Positions 12,939-26,344 of a DNA stretch of 64,000 nt are shown piece by piece. Source of the stretch: Felis catus (Eukaryota); the NCBI RefSeq assembly GCF_018350175.1, contig NC_058368.1, positions 198,526,001 to 198,590,000 on the forward strand, read 5' to 3'. The translations under genes and the position numbers were made by a program. Each line of letters starts with the position of its first letter. Position 1 is the first letter of the stretch. Below the pieces are notes generated by a model. That model was not told the DNA's origin. It saw only the letters and a list, made by a program, of their open reading frames with translations, and made no database searches.

Positions 12939-14347
12939 ATGGCACAAAAACAGACACATAGACCAATGGAATAGAATAGAAACCCCAGAACTAGACCCAC
13001 AAACGTATGGCCAACTCATCTTTGACAAAGCAGGAAAGAACATCCAATGGAAAAAAGACAGCCTCTTTAACAAATGGTGTTGGGAGAACTGGACAGCAAC
13101 ATGCAGAAGGTTGAAACTAGACCACTTTCTCACACCATTCACAAAAATAAACTCAAAATGGATAAAGGACCTAAATGTGAGACAGGAAACCATCAAAACC
13201 TTAGAGGAGAAAGCAGGAAAAGACCTCTCTGACCTCAGCCGTAGCAATCTCTTACTCGACACATCCCCAAAGGCAAGGGAATTAAAGCAAAAGTGAATTA
13301 CTGGGACCTTATGCAGATAAAAAGCTTCTGCACAGCAAAGGAAACAACCAACAAAACTAAAAGGCAACCAACGGAATGGGAAAAGATATTCGCAAATGAC
13401 ATATCGGACAAAGGGCTAGTATCCAAAATCTATAAAGAGCTCACCAAACTCCACACCCAGAAAACAAATAACCCAGTGAAGAAATGGGCAGAAAACATGA
13501 ATAGACACTTCTCTAAAGAAGACATCCAGATGGCCAACAGGCACATGAGAAGATGTTCAGCGTCGCTCCTTATCAGGGAAATACAAATCAAAACCACACT
13601 CAGGTATCACCTCATGCCAGTCAGAGTGGCCAACATGAACAAATCAGGAGACTATAGATGCTGGAGAGGATGTGGAGAAACGGGAACCCTCTTGCACTGT
13701 TGGTGGGAATGCAAATTGGTGCAGCCACTCTGGAAAGCAGTGTGGAGGTTCCTCAGAAAATTAAAAATAGACCTACCCTATGACCCAGCAATAGCACTGC
13801 TAGGAATTTATCCAAGGGATACAGGAGTACTGATGCATAGGGCCACTTGTACCCCAATGTTCATAGCAGCACTCTCAACAATAGCCAAATTATGGAAAGA
13901 GCCTAAATGTCCATCAACTGACGAATGGATAAAGAAATTGTGGTTTATATACACAATGGAATATTATGTGGCAATGAGAAAAAATGAAATATGGCCTTTT
14001 GTAGCAACGTGGATGGAACTGGAGAGTGTGATGCTAAGTGAAATAAGCCATACAGAGAAAGACAGATACCATATGGTTTCACTCTTATGTGGATCCTGAG
14101 ATACTTAACAGGAACCCATGGGGGAGGGGAAGGAAAAAAAAAAAGAGGTTAGAGTGGGAGAGAGCCAAAGCATAAGAGACTGTTAAGAACTGAGAACAAA
14201 CTGAGGGTTGATGGGGGGTGGGAGGGAGGAGAGGGTGGGTGATGGGTATTGAGGAGGGCACCTTTTGGGATGAGCACTGGGTGTTGTATGGAAACCAATT
14301 TGTCAATAAATTTCATATATAAAAAAATAAATAAAAATAGCCAGCTA

Positions 14348-14402
<55 letters not shown>
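12939..14402 (+). mobile_element. Young 5'-truncated LINE-1 (cat L1-type): ORF2 C-terminus, G-rich 3' UTR, polyA/(TAAA)n tail
   Basis: Perfect 16-bp TSD aaaatgtaacaggttc (12923-12938, 14403-14418) at a tt|aaaa endonuclease site; AATAAA near 14305. Confidence 0.98.
12940..14099 (+). pseudogene. L1 ORF2 C-terminal fragment with one frameshift near 13285
   Basis: [14 protein letters not shown]...; Cys-rich [18 protein letters not shown] motif; the ORF-track ORFs 13111-13296 and 13293-14099 join after a 1-bp deletion. Confidence 0.95.
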
Positions 14403-14404
<2 letters not shown>

Positions 14405-14677
14405 AATGTAACAGGTTCGTATACTTTGCCTCGGCAACAATAACATCTAATGGCCTATAGCCCTCAAAATGTCCCTGGCACTGTTCTTAGGAATTTATTA
14501 ACACCTCATGTAATCCTCACTCAAATCCTATGAAGATCTTTTACTATAACCCCAATCTGGGGGGATGTGATTGGAGATTAGTTTTCAATATATGAATGGG
14601 GGAAGGTATAAACATTCAGCCCATTGCATTAAGGTCCTCATTCATAAACTACAGTAATCTCAGTTAAATCTAAGTAC

Positions 14678-14885
14678 TGTCCCAGATTGGGCTTGATAGA
14701 AGCAGATGCTGAGATAGAGTCTGGTGTACAAGATGCTTCCTGGGGATCAGCACCTGTGAAAAGAGATGAAGCAGAGAAAGAAGTCAAGTGAAAGAAGCAG
14801 ACAACTCAAGATGGTCTGTTTTAACATCCCTGCAGCTGGATAGCAAGTCCTGCCTTGAAAAGGGATCTGGGTGGTGCTGCTCCAT
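14678..14885 (-). mobile_element. LTR16-like fragment
   Basis: gaagcagatgctgagatagagt...gcacctgtgaaaagaga resembles the reverse complement of the LTR16 3' end. Confidence 0.5.
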
Positions 14886-15043
14886 TGTCTCTCATATAAG
14901 ACATTTCGAAATTATGTTCTAGAGCACCAGCCTTCTGCCAGGTATACTGACAGTATCCCAAAGCTTTTTGTCCGCGGGGGTCCCATTCATAGCCCCCTAT
15001 CGGGAGAGCCAGGCCACATGCATGAGCATATTAAAGTCTCTGA

Positions 15044-15233
15044 GGGCCACCTGGGTGGCTCAGTCAGCTAAGCCTCCGACTTCAGCTCAGGTCATGATCT
15101 CGCAGTTCTTGAGCTTGAGCCCCGCATCAGGCTCTGTGCTGAAAGCTCAGAGCCTGGAGCCTGCTTTAGATTCTGTGTCTCCCTCTCTCTCTTTGCCCCT
15201 CCCGTCTCCCTCTCAAAAATAAACATTAAAAAC
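15044..15233 (+). mobile_element. CAN-SINE
   Basis: TSD aagtctctgag on both sides. Confidence 0.95.
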
Positions 15234-16629
15234 AAGTCTCTGAGAGGTAATCTTGCAGTAATCAAACCTGTTTGACATTAACTCATTGATTCACTCATTT
15301 AACCTTAGAACACTTTGGGAAAACTAATGACATTTCTTAAAACACCAAAAGAAAAATGCTGTTGAGCACCATGGACTCAGCAGGTATGTTTTGGTTAGAA
15401 ACCTCAATTCTTTCTGATAATGGAAACACGTCCCTGGTTGGGAAGAATGTCAAAACTTTGTTTTATATGTTCTCTAAACCTCTAAAGAGAAATATGGCTT
15501 CTATTTTCTTCCATCTCAATTGCTTTAAAGTGGTAGTAAAATAAAACAAGTTGGTTAAAACAACCACTTTCTATAACTAATCATCATAATTATAGCTACT
15601 GCCTAAAACCTGGAGCTCACAAAGAAAGGCCCCATGAAAATAAGCCGGATACTCAGTAGAGCTGCTTAAACCCACACGAATGAGCCAATTTCACACAGGA
15701 TATTCATATTCACTCATGATACCCACTGATTTTAGCTTAAGGATTAGAGGGAAGTTAATCACTAGGAGATCATTTATTCAGCATGCTGGAAGTTGATTTC
15801 CTTTGTGCATCTGATCTATATTTGGAGAGTAACTAAAAGCAGCCAAGAACAGGAGTCAACAGAAAAGGAAACAGATTTCGTGACTTTCATTTAGTGAAGT
15901 TACTAAAGACATGTTAGTTTTCTGATCGTAACCTGAATGTTCCAGACCTCCTATATTCAAGCCTCATCCCTATGCTGTCCAGCTGACCTTTGTTCCCACT
16001 TTGCTGGCCCATTGCCCCCACCTACCCCTATAAGACTCGAGTCTTAAGCAAACCCAATACCCCTTGGGCTCTCCCAGAAATAATCTTGGAGGTATGGCAT
16101 GGTGGTGGGCAGGTCTCCTCCTACTGTTACCTTCCACCCTTCTTGTTGGTATTTCTTGCTTCTGGCTACTTCAGGGAGCTTGCCCCCACTGCCAAAGTAC
16201 CCCTGGGTTCCCAAACCTGCAGGAGATGTGCTGAAGGAGCTTTTGTCTTTATTTCTCCCAAACACTGTACAAAGCACAGCACAGAAAGAGAGAAAAGATT
16301 TCTCCAGCCAAGTCACACTTGGCCCTCTAGATCTGGAGATGGTACTGCTGTGTACCCCAAGTCTCCAAATCCCTATATCAGAAGCTCCTTCAACTGCCAC
16401 TTAACACTCCAAAACACAGGAATCAGACCTAGTCCCTAACGGTAGGCTGGGAAACAAAGAAGGCAGTGATCTCGGCCCATTACCCTTTTCCCACAGAGAA
16501 ACATCTTCTCTTTTCTTTCTCCATGCAAGTCAGTCATAATTTGAAGCTAGGGGACAAGCATTAGCCCAAACAGAAACATAGTTGGGGGGTTGTATCCCTG
16601 CTCAAGTGGTTCACAAAGGGCTTTTCTAG

Positions 16630-17252
16630 GATCCAGCACCCCCTCTTCTGGGTCTATATCCAAAGGAAATGTAGTTAGTACCTCATCTGCGTCCCCACGT
16701 TCATCACAGCTTTATCCACATTAACCAAAATACGAAAACATAGATCGAAGGATGGATAAAGAAATTGTGGCATAGATTTGTCTATGAGTATTACTCAGTC
16801 TTAGAAAAGAAGGAGATCATGCCATTTGCAACGTGGATGAGCCTGGAGGGCATATGCTAAGTTAAATAAACCACATACAAAAAAACAAAACCTTCCTGAC
16901 CTCACTGACATGTGAAATATAAAAAAGTCAAGTGTGTAGAAGCAGAGAGTGGCACGGTGGGTACCAGAGGCTGGAGAATGGGGGGAAATGGGGAGATGTT
17001 GGTCAAAAGGTACGAAGTTGCAATTATGTAAGATGAGTAAGACCACAGATCTGATGTAAAGCATGGTCACTATAGTTAATAATGTGGTATTACACACCGG
17101 AAATGTGCTAAAAGAATAGATTTTAGGTCTTCTCACCACACACATGTGACTATGTGAGGGGACATGTTAATTAGCTTGACTGTGTAACCATTTCATTACA
17201 TGTATGTATATCAAATCATCACACTGTACACCTTAAATATATACAATTTTTA
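16630..17252 (+). mobile_element. Old L1 3' end (L1MA-like)
   Basis: atccagcacccc...tatccaaaggaaatg...gccatttgcaacgtggatg...tgtacaccttaaatatatacaatttt. Confidence 0.85.
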
Positions 17253-17443
17253 CTGTTTACTTATTTTTGAGAGAGAGAGAGAGAGAGAGTGGGGAAAGGG
17301 CAGAGAGAGGGGAGGACAGGGGACGAAAAGCAGGCTCTGCACTGACGGCAGAGAGCCTGATGTGGGGCTCGAACTCATGAACTGTGAGATCGTGACCTAA
17401 GCCGAAGTCAGATGCTCAACCGACTGAGCCACCCAGGTGCCCC
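17253..17443 (-). mobile_element. CAN-SINE inserted in the L1 tail
   Basis: Reverse-complement SINE ending gagccacccaggtgcccc. Confidence 0.95.
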
Positions 17444-18499
17444 TCTATTTTATTAAAAAAAAAAAAATTCTTTTCAATGGGAAGAAAAATCCAACTTTTT
17501 TTCTTTCCAAAGACTCAAAGGAGTCATTTCCATTGCCCTTGGGAGAAAGAGTGGGTTGATAGTAGAACAAGATAGTAAGGCTTAGAAACTGCCTCAAAGA
17601 GAGGGAGGAGGTTGAATGCACTTCTATTAGGCATCAGAATCCTGGAGGGGGCTGGCCTGGGTGGGAGACTGGGCCTTCTCCTAGTCCTTATGGATGACTC
17701 CAACTGGGCTAACGTCTTAAAGTTCATGGACAATTGCTTCACATCACTGGAAGACATGGGAAAATATGAAGCACACATGAAAAGGAGAGGGATCAAGGTT
17801 TCACAAGCCTGTTGTGGAAGGCAGCACAGGAGGGAGCAATAGAAAGGGGTCTGAGAAACCAGGCCATGCGGGAGCAAACTTTAAGGTGCTCCTTCCAGGC
17901 ACCGTGGGATCTCACTCTGCCTGGGAGAGCAGACTGCAAATTGTCACTATGCAGTGGAACCAAGAGAGAAAGGTCCTTCTAGAAGGAGACCTAAGGTTCA
18001 CTATTCTGCCACCAGAACTGTGAAGATGGGCCTAAGAACGTCAGCTCTAGCCTCTAGGTGAACCACTTTCGGGTGTTCAAGGCACCAGGGTGGAAATGGG
18101 GCACATCTGGAAAAGAGCCCAGAGCTCCAGTGGACAGTGTGAACTGCACTTGCAAGGGAGTCAGAAGACACAGCGTGGGCCCTGCTCTGGGCCTGGGGGC
18201 CTGAGTCTAGAAGGGACATATCCAGTCCTAGAAGGGGAAAGCTCCAAGATTCGGTGCAGTACACCCGGCCACAGTTATTTTTTAACGTCACGGGGAGGAA
18301 GACTATTAAGTGGGAAAATGAATGACCATGCCACCAGCGATTCAGAAGCTAAAATCTTCTTAGGAGTAAAGAATACCAGGTGGAGCCAATACACAGCCAC
18401 CAACTAAATGTTAAATAAGTTTCTAAAATAGATACCTGGTTTTTTTTTTCTTTCTCATGAGCTGTGAGACCCTTGAATGTGCCAAGTGTCTTCAGCAAG

Positions 18500-18960
18500 C
18501 CCCTCCATCCTGCTCCTGGGGGATGAGCAATAGGGATTATATCACCTGGCTTCCAGAGAGCCCATTTGGGTTCAGCCTGTGGGAGTCCCTGGCAGGAGAT
18601 CAGAGAGAGAGCAGAGAAGAAGGCTGGGTTGGGGGAGGGGGGAGTCCCTGACTCTCTCTCTCTGCAAGGTCCCACCAGGCTGGCTGTGTATCTCACTGGA
18701 GATTACTACTCCTCTCAAGGGCACCTGCTCGACAGGACTCCCTCATTCCAAGTTTGAATCACCTCTCCCTTCCTTGTCTTGCCAGTCCTTACCTTGTCAA
18801 GTAATAATTCTATTGCTGCCAGCCCTGCATTTCAGTGCCACCGCTGTGGCTCCTCTATATCCCACCTACTCCTTTATATTTGGTCCTTTTGTAAATAATC
18901 CCTGTTTGAATTATCCCAATTCCAATATACCATCTGTTTCCTGTTGGGGCCCTGGCTGCC
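18500..18960 (+). mobile_element. LTR33-like solo LTR
   Basis: ttgggttcagcc...ggcaggagatcagag...tttgtaaataatccctgtttgaattatccca...ccatctgtttcctgttgggg. Confidence 0.7.
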
Positions 18961-19301
18961 GCATGGCAGCAATGGCGGGGAGGGGATGAACAGCAGGAGG
19001 AGCAGGGTAGAGAGAAGTGTCACCTTGTCAACACCAGGCTCTTCATAGACCTTAGAAAGAGCAGACAGACAATTCATGTCAGGTCCAAAGCAAGACCCTG
19101 GAACAAGGTTCCAAGCAGAAGCTCTCGTATGTCTCTACAGCTGCTCTTGGGAACAAAGAGAGTAACGCTCAAACCTGAGGATGAACAGGGTGAGTCTGGA
19201 GATGAGAATAGAAGAAATGAACCCAGCCATGTGGCCAGTAGTCAGCTCCAATATGCTGTGCATTTGAGACAGTAGACTCATCCCTGTCTTGCCACACCTA
19301 C

Positions 19302-19306
<5 letters not shown>

Positions 19307-19348
<42 letters not shown>
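19307..19348. repeat. (CA)n microsatellite
   Basis: About 21 perfect repeat units visible. Confidence 0.97.
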
Positions 19349-19350
<2 letters not shown>

Positions 19351-21499
19351 CCCAGGAGCTTCCCCAGGATCAGGAGCACCTATGAAGGGCTCAGTGCAGG
19401 AATGGAAGAGGTGCTGCATGGGGGTCAGCTTCTCACTGGGGGAAGGTTTGAACTCTCCTCAGAAGCCAAACTCATTTGGGTCAGTGTTAGAATCTTCAAG
19501 AGTCTACCAGCTGCTGACCATCTCTCGCCCAGAAGCAGCACCATGCCCTGGTTATGGGCTATTCATCTATTTGTCAGACAAGAGACCCAAAAGGGCTGAA
19601 AATATCATAGGGAGAATAAGGACTGACTGGTGACACAACACAGCAGGGGATGGAAGGCCAAGCTGAGTCTGGCCAAGAGGCTGTGGATCACCTCCCCAGG
19701 AGGATAGTTTGCATGAATGAGGCAGAGGGGAGGGAGGTGCTAAGAGAGTTGCCATGGGGGAGAGGCAGGACAGTGGCAGGCTCAGTCTGGCAGCAGGTGC
19801 CCAGCTCAGGTTCACAGAGGAGCTCTGAACACGGACGGAGCAGGGATTGGACCACTTCTGGTCCAACAAAGACTGATGGGCATGGTTTTCCACTCGGCAT
19901 CTGGAAGCTCTTGCAGCCCAAGACTCAGCACCCCAGGCAGGGCAGCAGGCTCCAGGAGGTGAACCGTGACAAACAGGAAAAACATGACCTACCCAAGGGG
20001 GCCCAGCAGGCACAGGCTGATCTGAGTACAAATGAGACACTGCCTAGGGTTCCTTAGAAAGGTTTGTAGAGAAGATCCTCTGTAGGGGGATTGAAGTGTC
20101 CCCCTAAATGATCACTAAGAGTAATGAGCCAACAAATATTGAACAAAACCTGTTCCCATTGGCTGACGCTACATAGAAGTGCCATATGAGAAAGGGTTTC
20201 TAGCTTCTCCAATACATTGGCGTGGAAGAAAATAACTAGGGAGAAAGGCATGATGGAAAAGAAATACATAGTTAAGAACTCAGTCTTTTCTAATGGTGTC
20301 TGACTGAAGTGAGTGGAGGCCTAGGGGAAAGCCCCTTTAATGGGTTTCCCAGAAGGCATCAGACTTCCTCAGTCTGATTCTCATGAAGAGAAGTCCTCAG
20401 GAGCCTCAGATATCCTGGCTCCAGCTTCCAGGCACTGGGCCTCTGCTAATACTGAAGAGTAGCAAGTAAGTGATGCAATTACTTGCCATCTGGTAATTGC
20501 TGTAAACAAAAGTTAATTTTTCTAAAACGTCACCACCAACTTCTATCAAATACACAGAAAGAATGACCTCCAAATCAGAAGTTTACCCGCCATTTTTTAT
20601 TGTGTGGTGGTTTTCTGTTGCGGTTATACTTTTGTTGGAGCTCTGTGGGAGAATGATGTCTTCTGAGTGGCTAAAAATAACAGTGTGGTAATAATAGTAG
20701 CCGCTAACTTCAGAGAGCTTTATATGTGCTAGCCATATATGAAGCTCTTTATATGCAGCTCTGGTCTTTAATCTGCACAACAACCCCATGACCTAAGAAC
20801 TATGACCAAGCCCATTTTCCAGATTTGAGAAGAGGGAATAGAAATAGCTTGCTTTAGGTAGGGAGATGGGATGTGAGGATCAGCACCTTAAAGACCAAGT
20901 TCTTAACCATTGGGCTACACCCTGGAGGCGGCTGTTTGCTTTCTATACCCTATACACTTCATATGAGATGAGAAAGGTCTTTGATAAAGGGGACAAGGAG
21001 TGGGAAGGGATGGCTGGCAACTGGTATGTGCATTTCGTAGAAACTTTCAGAAATAAAATAAGGAGAATGTATGTTGAAAATGCACTCACAAAACCAATTT
21101 TAATCTAGTAAGGGTTGGTTTGAAATCTTCTGAAAGAACCCTCATCATGACCTCTGCACTCACAGTTCCACAATAGCAGAGGCAACCCAGGGGAGGAAAA
21201 GCCCACTAGAGCCAACGCCATCTAGAATTTGTCAGTTCCGTTCTAAATGTCCTTTTGTTCGTCTTGTCTTGAACACAATGGATTTACACCGTTTAGTGCA
21301 CAATATGAACTACTAAACGAGTAATTGAAATCACTGGTGATCAATGAAGTATGTGGTGGGGAGCCGCACAAAAGCACGAGAAAATACTTCCACCTGTGCT
21401 GTGGCCAGAAGCGTGATGTGAGGCATAGTGAGCAAAATCAAAGCTGAGTTTAAGCCAGGTTTTCTCCAATTCTCCTTTGTTGAATTTGAAAGAAAATAG

Positions 21500-23240
21500 T
21501 AAAAAGAGTAAGAAATTAGTACCAGGTATTTTGTGTACATAAACATCTGAATGTACCTCAAATCATTATTAGCAATCAAACACACCTTTAGGGCAACAGT
21601 ACTGTTTTCTCAGAATTAAGGGCAAAGTTGGAAATACTCCTTTCTCCCAATTGTGACAGAAGAGAAAAAGGTGAGCGGCTTTCTGCCAAGAGTCCTGTGT
21701 CCTATTTCTGAAACCTAACCCTAACTTCTCTTCATTCTTTAATCTCCTGGACTCCGTCCCCCTAACTATCCTCTCTTTCCTTCTACACCCTTCCCCCCAC
21801 CAGAAGGGAGCCATGAATTCATGAACATCGAAAGATTGCATTCTTCTTTCCATCCTATTCGTGTTAAATAGTGAACCAAGGAACTGATTTATTAAGAAAG
21901 AACCAGACCCAATATAATAAAGCATCAGTTTATAACCTAAATAAAGAAATAGAGACCACATTAATAGCATATTTAACCATAAATCTTTTTTATAGTTTTT
22001 TTTTTAAGTTCAGTTATTTTGAGATAAAGAATGTTAGCAAGGGAGGGGCAGAGAGAGAAGGAGAGAGAGAATCCCAAGCAGGCTCTGTGCTGTCAGTGCA
22101 GAGCCCAAGGTGGGGCTCGAACTCATGAACTGTGAGATCATGATGTGAGCTGAAATCAAGAGCCAGTAGTTTAACCCTCTGAGCCACCCAGGCACCCCTA
22201 GCCATAAATCTTAATTAGAACATTAACACCCAGCAAATATAGAGGACATCTAGACCAGTAAGAAAAGCCACATAGGTTTGCCTGATGATTTACATAGGAG
22301 TAACAAAGATATTAATTTATGATATGGACCTTCTTGGGTTTTGTTGCCTGTTATTGTAAGGAATCTAAGATGGACTTTATTATTTGCTATCCTGAGGTTA
22401 ACCTCTTAGCCAAACTGAAAAATTTCTCTCCTCCAGATTTTACTGGCAGTACCTATAAATGTAACAAATTTTCAGTTTCTCTGTTCTTGAGGTCCCCCAA
22501 ATACCCCAAGCTTGTTGGCCTGCCCAGAAGTGATCTTCCTTGCTCCCTTGTGCGACTAGACCCTGCAAGCCAGGTACCAGAACAGTTTTTCTGGGAAGCT
22601 ACCTATTCCCTCAAAAGCGTCTGGTCATATCTGATTAAATGGGCATCTTTCCCAAAGATGACATTCTAGGCAAGGCTATGATTGTTCAATCAATTTTCCC
22701 AGTGATAGCTTGGTAAAAGAACAGGTTTTTATTGAACCTTTGCAAATAACCATATTGTTGTGAAAAGTAAGAATACTCAACAATAGTTTCTGAATTCGAG
22801 AGATAGGAAGTGAGGTCAATGAGAAAAACATATCATTTAAAAATGTTTTATTTCAGTTTATAAAGTCAACTAAATTGTTATGGGGTACAGATAAGCATAA
22901 GAGGAAGAGTCTTCCTTGTATATGCAGAAAATACAGCATCAAAACAACATCAACAATATCCTGAACATACAACTACAATCATGCCTCATCAGTTGATTCA
23001 GTACAATGTGACCAATTCTCGTTCTGTCATATCTTGGGTTCGCAGCTTTCAGAAGCCATCCGCTTCTCAACTATAGAATTCTGAAAGTCCTGATTCAGTC
23101 TTTAGGGATAGACTAAAATTTGCGTAAGCAAAACCCAGAGGAGCATGGACCCAAGAGTCTATTCTTTGAAGTATCATTAAAGTACCTAGAAAGTACTTTA
23201 ATTTTACTTTCTATGGGGTTCTGGGGCAGGTATTGTTTTT
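21500..23240 (-). mobile_element. Probable ERV1 / MER4-group internal non-coding fragments
   Basis: ttttattgaacctttgcaaataaccatattg...aagaatactcaa...tttctgaattc motifs recalled from MER4-group internal sequences; strand and ends uncertain. Confidence 0.45.
21990..22198 (-). mobile_element. CAN-SINE
   Basis: TSD taaccataaatctt / tagccataaatctt. Confidence 0.95.
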
Positions 23241-23862
23241 ACTATTAAGCAAATATGAGAAATTCCAGAATATTCACGTATTTAATTGTATTGTTCATCG
23301 TCCCCTATAGTGAAAGGATCATGCTTTTCTTTTTAACCGTAGGTTAAGTCTGTTAAACTTGTACAGGTAAAACATTATCAATATAATACTTTAGCAATTT
23401 CATACTTCATGGGAAGCCCCAGAAGATATGTCAATATGCTAATTTTTCAATAACATGTGTGAAGCATGGGGAAAGCACAGAAATAATATGAAATAGCTCT
23501 GAAGAGATTTCCTATATTTATCAGAAATTGCTGTGGTATATACCAAGAATATAGAAAAAGAGAATCAGTAAGTCTGGAGCAAGCTCTAAAGACTACATTT
23601 TAATAAAATTTCAGAGGCAAGTCTAACATACATCACCAACTAAAAACCACTGGCCAAGAAGATGCTAGGTTCAAATTTAAAGTCAGGTTGTGGCCAAGTT
23701 TTAAATAATAAATGAAATTATGACTGATAACCCTATTGTGCTGTTGACTTACAACATCAGATAAAGAACCACTATGTGTGTTTTCATTAGTATGTGGGAA
23801 AATATATACAAAGTTAACCTATACATGAAAAAGCGGGCCCTGTGTTAGAGAATTGTGCTGAG

Positions 23863-23881
23863 CCACCACTAGAGGGCACTA
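23863..23881 (+). promoter_or_regulatory. Candidate CTCF binding site
   Basis: CCACTAGAGGGCACTA (23866-23881) matches core consensus CCACYAGRKGGCRSYR with no mismatch, in sequence I do not recognise as repeat. Confidence 0.6.
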
Positions 23882-24597
23882 AAAACAGAGTATGGAACAA
23901 ATCCCAAGCACCTGTCGTCCCTTACAGAGCTGACCGCAGCATTTGTTTGCCTTACAGAATCTTACACTGTTAGTAATAAAAGTGAGAAGGTGTATCTCTC
24001 TGAGACTTGGTGAATTTGCACCCTCATGTCTCATTGCCATACCAACTTCATGGTTATTATTTAGGGGATTCCTGCCAGGGCAGAGGTGCCTAACGTAATA
24101 TTACAAGGTTCCTCTTGTCTAACGTCTAGTTTGACCCTTCCCCTCAGGCTCTATTTACTCCAATAACTTTTCAAATTTTTTATTATACAACATCAAATGA
24201 AAGAACATACACAGCTATGTACTCATCCCAAGGTTTAGTAAGGAGATAAAGGTACTTGCCTCAGATATTTTCAAGAAACCAAAAGCAGTACAGATAGAGT
24301 GGAAGCCATTTTGAATGCTCTCCCAGCTCCATTTGCTTCCCTCCCTGTGTTTAACAATTCCGGAATGAACCACTATTCTATCATTGATAGGAGCTGTTCC
24401 ACCGTATGTTTAATGCTTATATCACATATAAAGATGCACCGTTTATATTATAATGTATTGTTGTGCTCCAGTGGGAACTATTCCTTCTTTGTTTTCTTTA
24501 TTCCTGCTACTAGATTGGAAGATATGTTTCTTCTCACTATTTTAGTACTGCATTTTCAAGCCCAGGTACATATCACATTTAAAGTCCTTAGACTCCT

Positions 24598-24815
24598 GGG
24601 GCGCCTGGGTGGTGCAGTCGGTTAAGCGTCCGACTTCAGCCAGGTCACGATCTCGTGGTCTGTGAGTTCGAGCCCCGCGTCGGGCTCTGGGCTGATGGCT
24701 CAGAGCCTGGAGCCTGTTTCTGATTCTGTGTCTCCCTCTCTCTCTGCCCCTCCCCTGTTCGTGCTCTGTCTCTCTCTGTCCCAAAAATAAATAAACGTTG
24801 AAAAAAAATTTTTTT
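24598..24815 (+). mobile_element. Young CAN-SINE (SINEC_Fc)
   Basis: CpG-rich; perfect 17-bp TSD aaagtccttagactcct (24581-24597, 24816-24832). Confidence 0.98.
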
Positions 24816-26344
24816 AAAGTCCTTAGACTCCTAAATCTGATCCTCTCAGTTCCCATTCTTCATGTCTTCTATCATATTGTTCCTTTTTACCATCATTGTC
24901 CATCACCCATTAATATTTGATCCCACATTTCTGAGCAGTGGAAGGAGCATCTGTCTGCATCAGCTCAGTTTATTATGCTGCTGAAAGTCTGCAAAGAACC
25001 TTCTAATGGGTCTTCCTTCAAATCCCTCTAAACCCCACTATCAGTATTATTTTTGCAAAGCACAGCTTCCTTTCATTACACCTTGCTACCACCTGTGAAC
25101 ACTATTACTTTCTAGCTCAAGTGTCCGCTGATAATGTTTGAAAACATACAATATGTCCTATCATATTTTTCCAGCCTTCCCTCACTGTTGCCAAAAATTA
25201 TATGCTCCCCAAATCTAAATCATGACCTTCTCCAATGACCTGCAATATCGTCTGTGTGTGCTTCTGCCTCTGTGCTTTTTATTCTACCTGTAGACAAGTT
25301 TCCTCTTCTTTTCCTCTTCAGATCATGTCCCTCCTCCTAAATCCACTTAGAGACCCATTTGTGAGAAGTCTTATGCCAACTACTCCATTTCCATCTTTAT
25401 CTCTTGCTTCATCCCTTAGACTCTTAAAGCCTGTCGTGCAAGTTAACACTGATCATATGTTCTCTTAAGCTCTCTGTATTCCTTAGAGGACCATTCCCTC
25501 TTGATTGGAAAATAGCATTGGCTGTTTATTGGCTCTTTCACTTAACTACAGATGCAGTAGTATTCATTAATTTCAGTTCAACTTCAACACACTTTAGCAA
25601 TTAAATACAAAGCATTTGTATACTGTGTGTAAGAGAATTTACTAGGCCGGGTTTATAAAAGATTTCTGATTCAGTGTTGTCTTCCTTGTTATTTCAGATC
25701 ACTTGTTACAGTCATTCAAATACTTAGAATGTATGTGCAAGCCTCTATTCTACACATCATGGGGAAATGCAGTGACACACCTACCCACTAGAAATCATGC
25801 ACAAGAGATGGTAGGGTCTGGACTACCTGGGTTAAAAATCTCAGTTCTACCACTTACGGATTATGTGACCTTTGAAAATCCCTCATGCTTCAGGTAATCA
25901 TGCAAATAAAGGCAAATGGCCAAACTTCTGAAGCAGCATCGCTGGGAAACACTAATGGACATAGGAAAACAACTAGGTGTGTGAGTCTCCAGTTACTCAT
26001 TCTAGGACAGCACACGGCAATCTGATAGATCTGGACATCAGATTTCAGGAGAGGGGCCCTCTACCCTTGGATTATGGAGCTTTTAAGATGAATGATTAGG
26101 AAAGATCAGGCTTCTCTCTAGTGTCATGAGAGGCTGCAATGCAGTAGCAATATGGTGGGGTAGGGCTTGCCTCTAGCCCTATTCTTCTAATTCAGCAGTG
26201 GTAGTTGAAGGTCACACCAGCCCTTCTGTCTGCAAAATCAGGCAACTGGGGTACAAGCCTGTGGAAGAATCCATCACCTTAACATCGATGGCTGGGAATG
26301 TACCAGTCCCTCCCTGATAAGAAGAGGGGTGCACAGAGGTGGAC

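Noticed and set aside
12921..13367. 148-aa minus-strand ORF
   Set aside because: Antisense frame of L1 ORF2.
15990..16439. Three overlapping ORFs of 101-149 aa
   Set aside because: No recognisable domain or exon structure; expected by chance.
19567..20057. Opposing 157-aa and 135-aa ORFs in a GC-richer patch
   Set aside because: No recognisable homology; stop-poor because of base composition.
21210..21230. Partial CTCF-like motif (minus strand TCTAGATGGCGTTG)
   Set aside because: The 5' part of the core mismatches; too weak to call.
24542..24856. Recurrent AQSVKRPTSAQVMIS / FFFNVYLF peptides in many ORFs
   Set aside because: Translations of CAN-SINEs, not a gene family.
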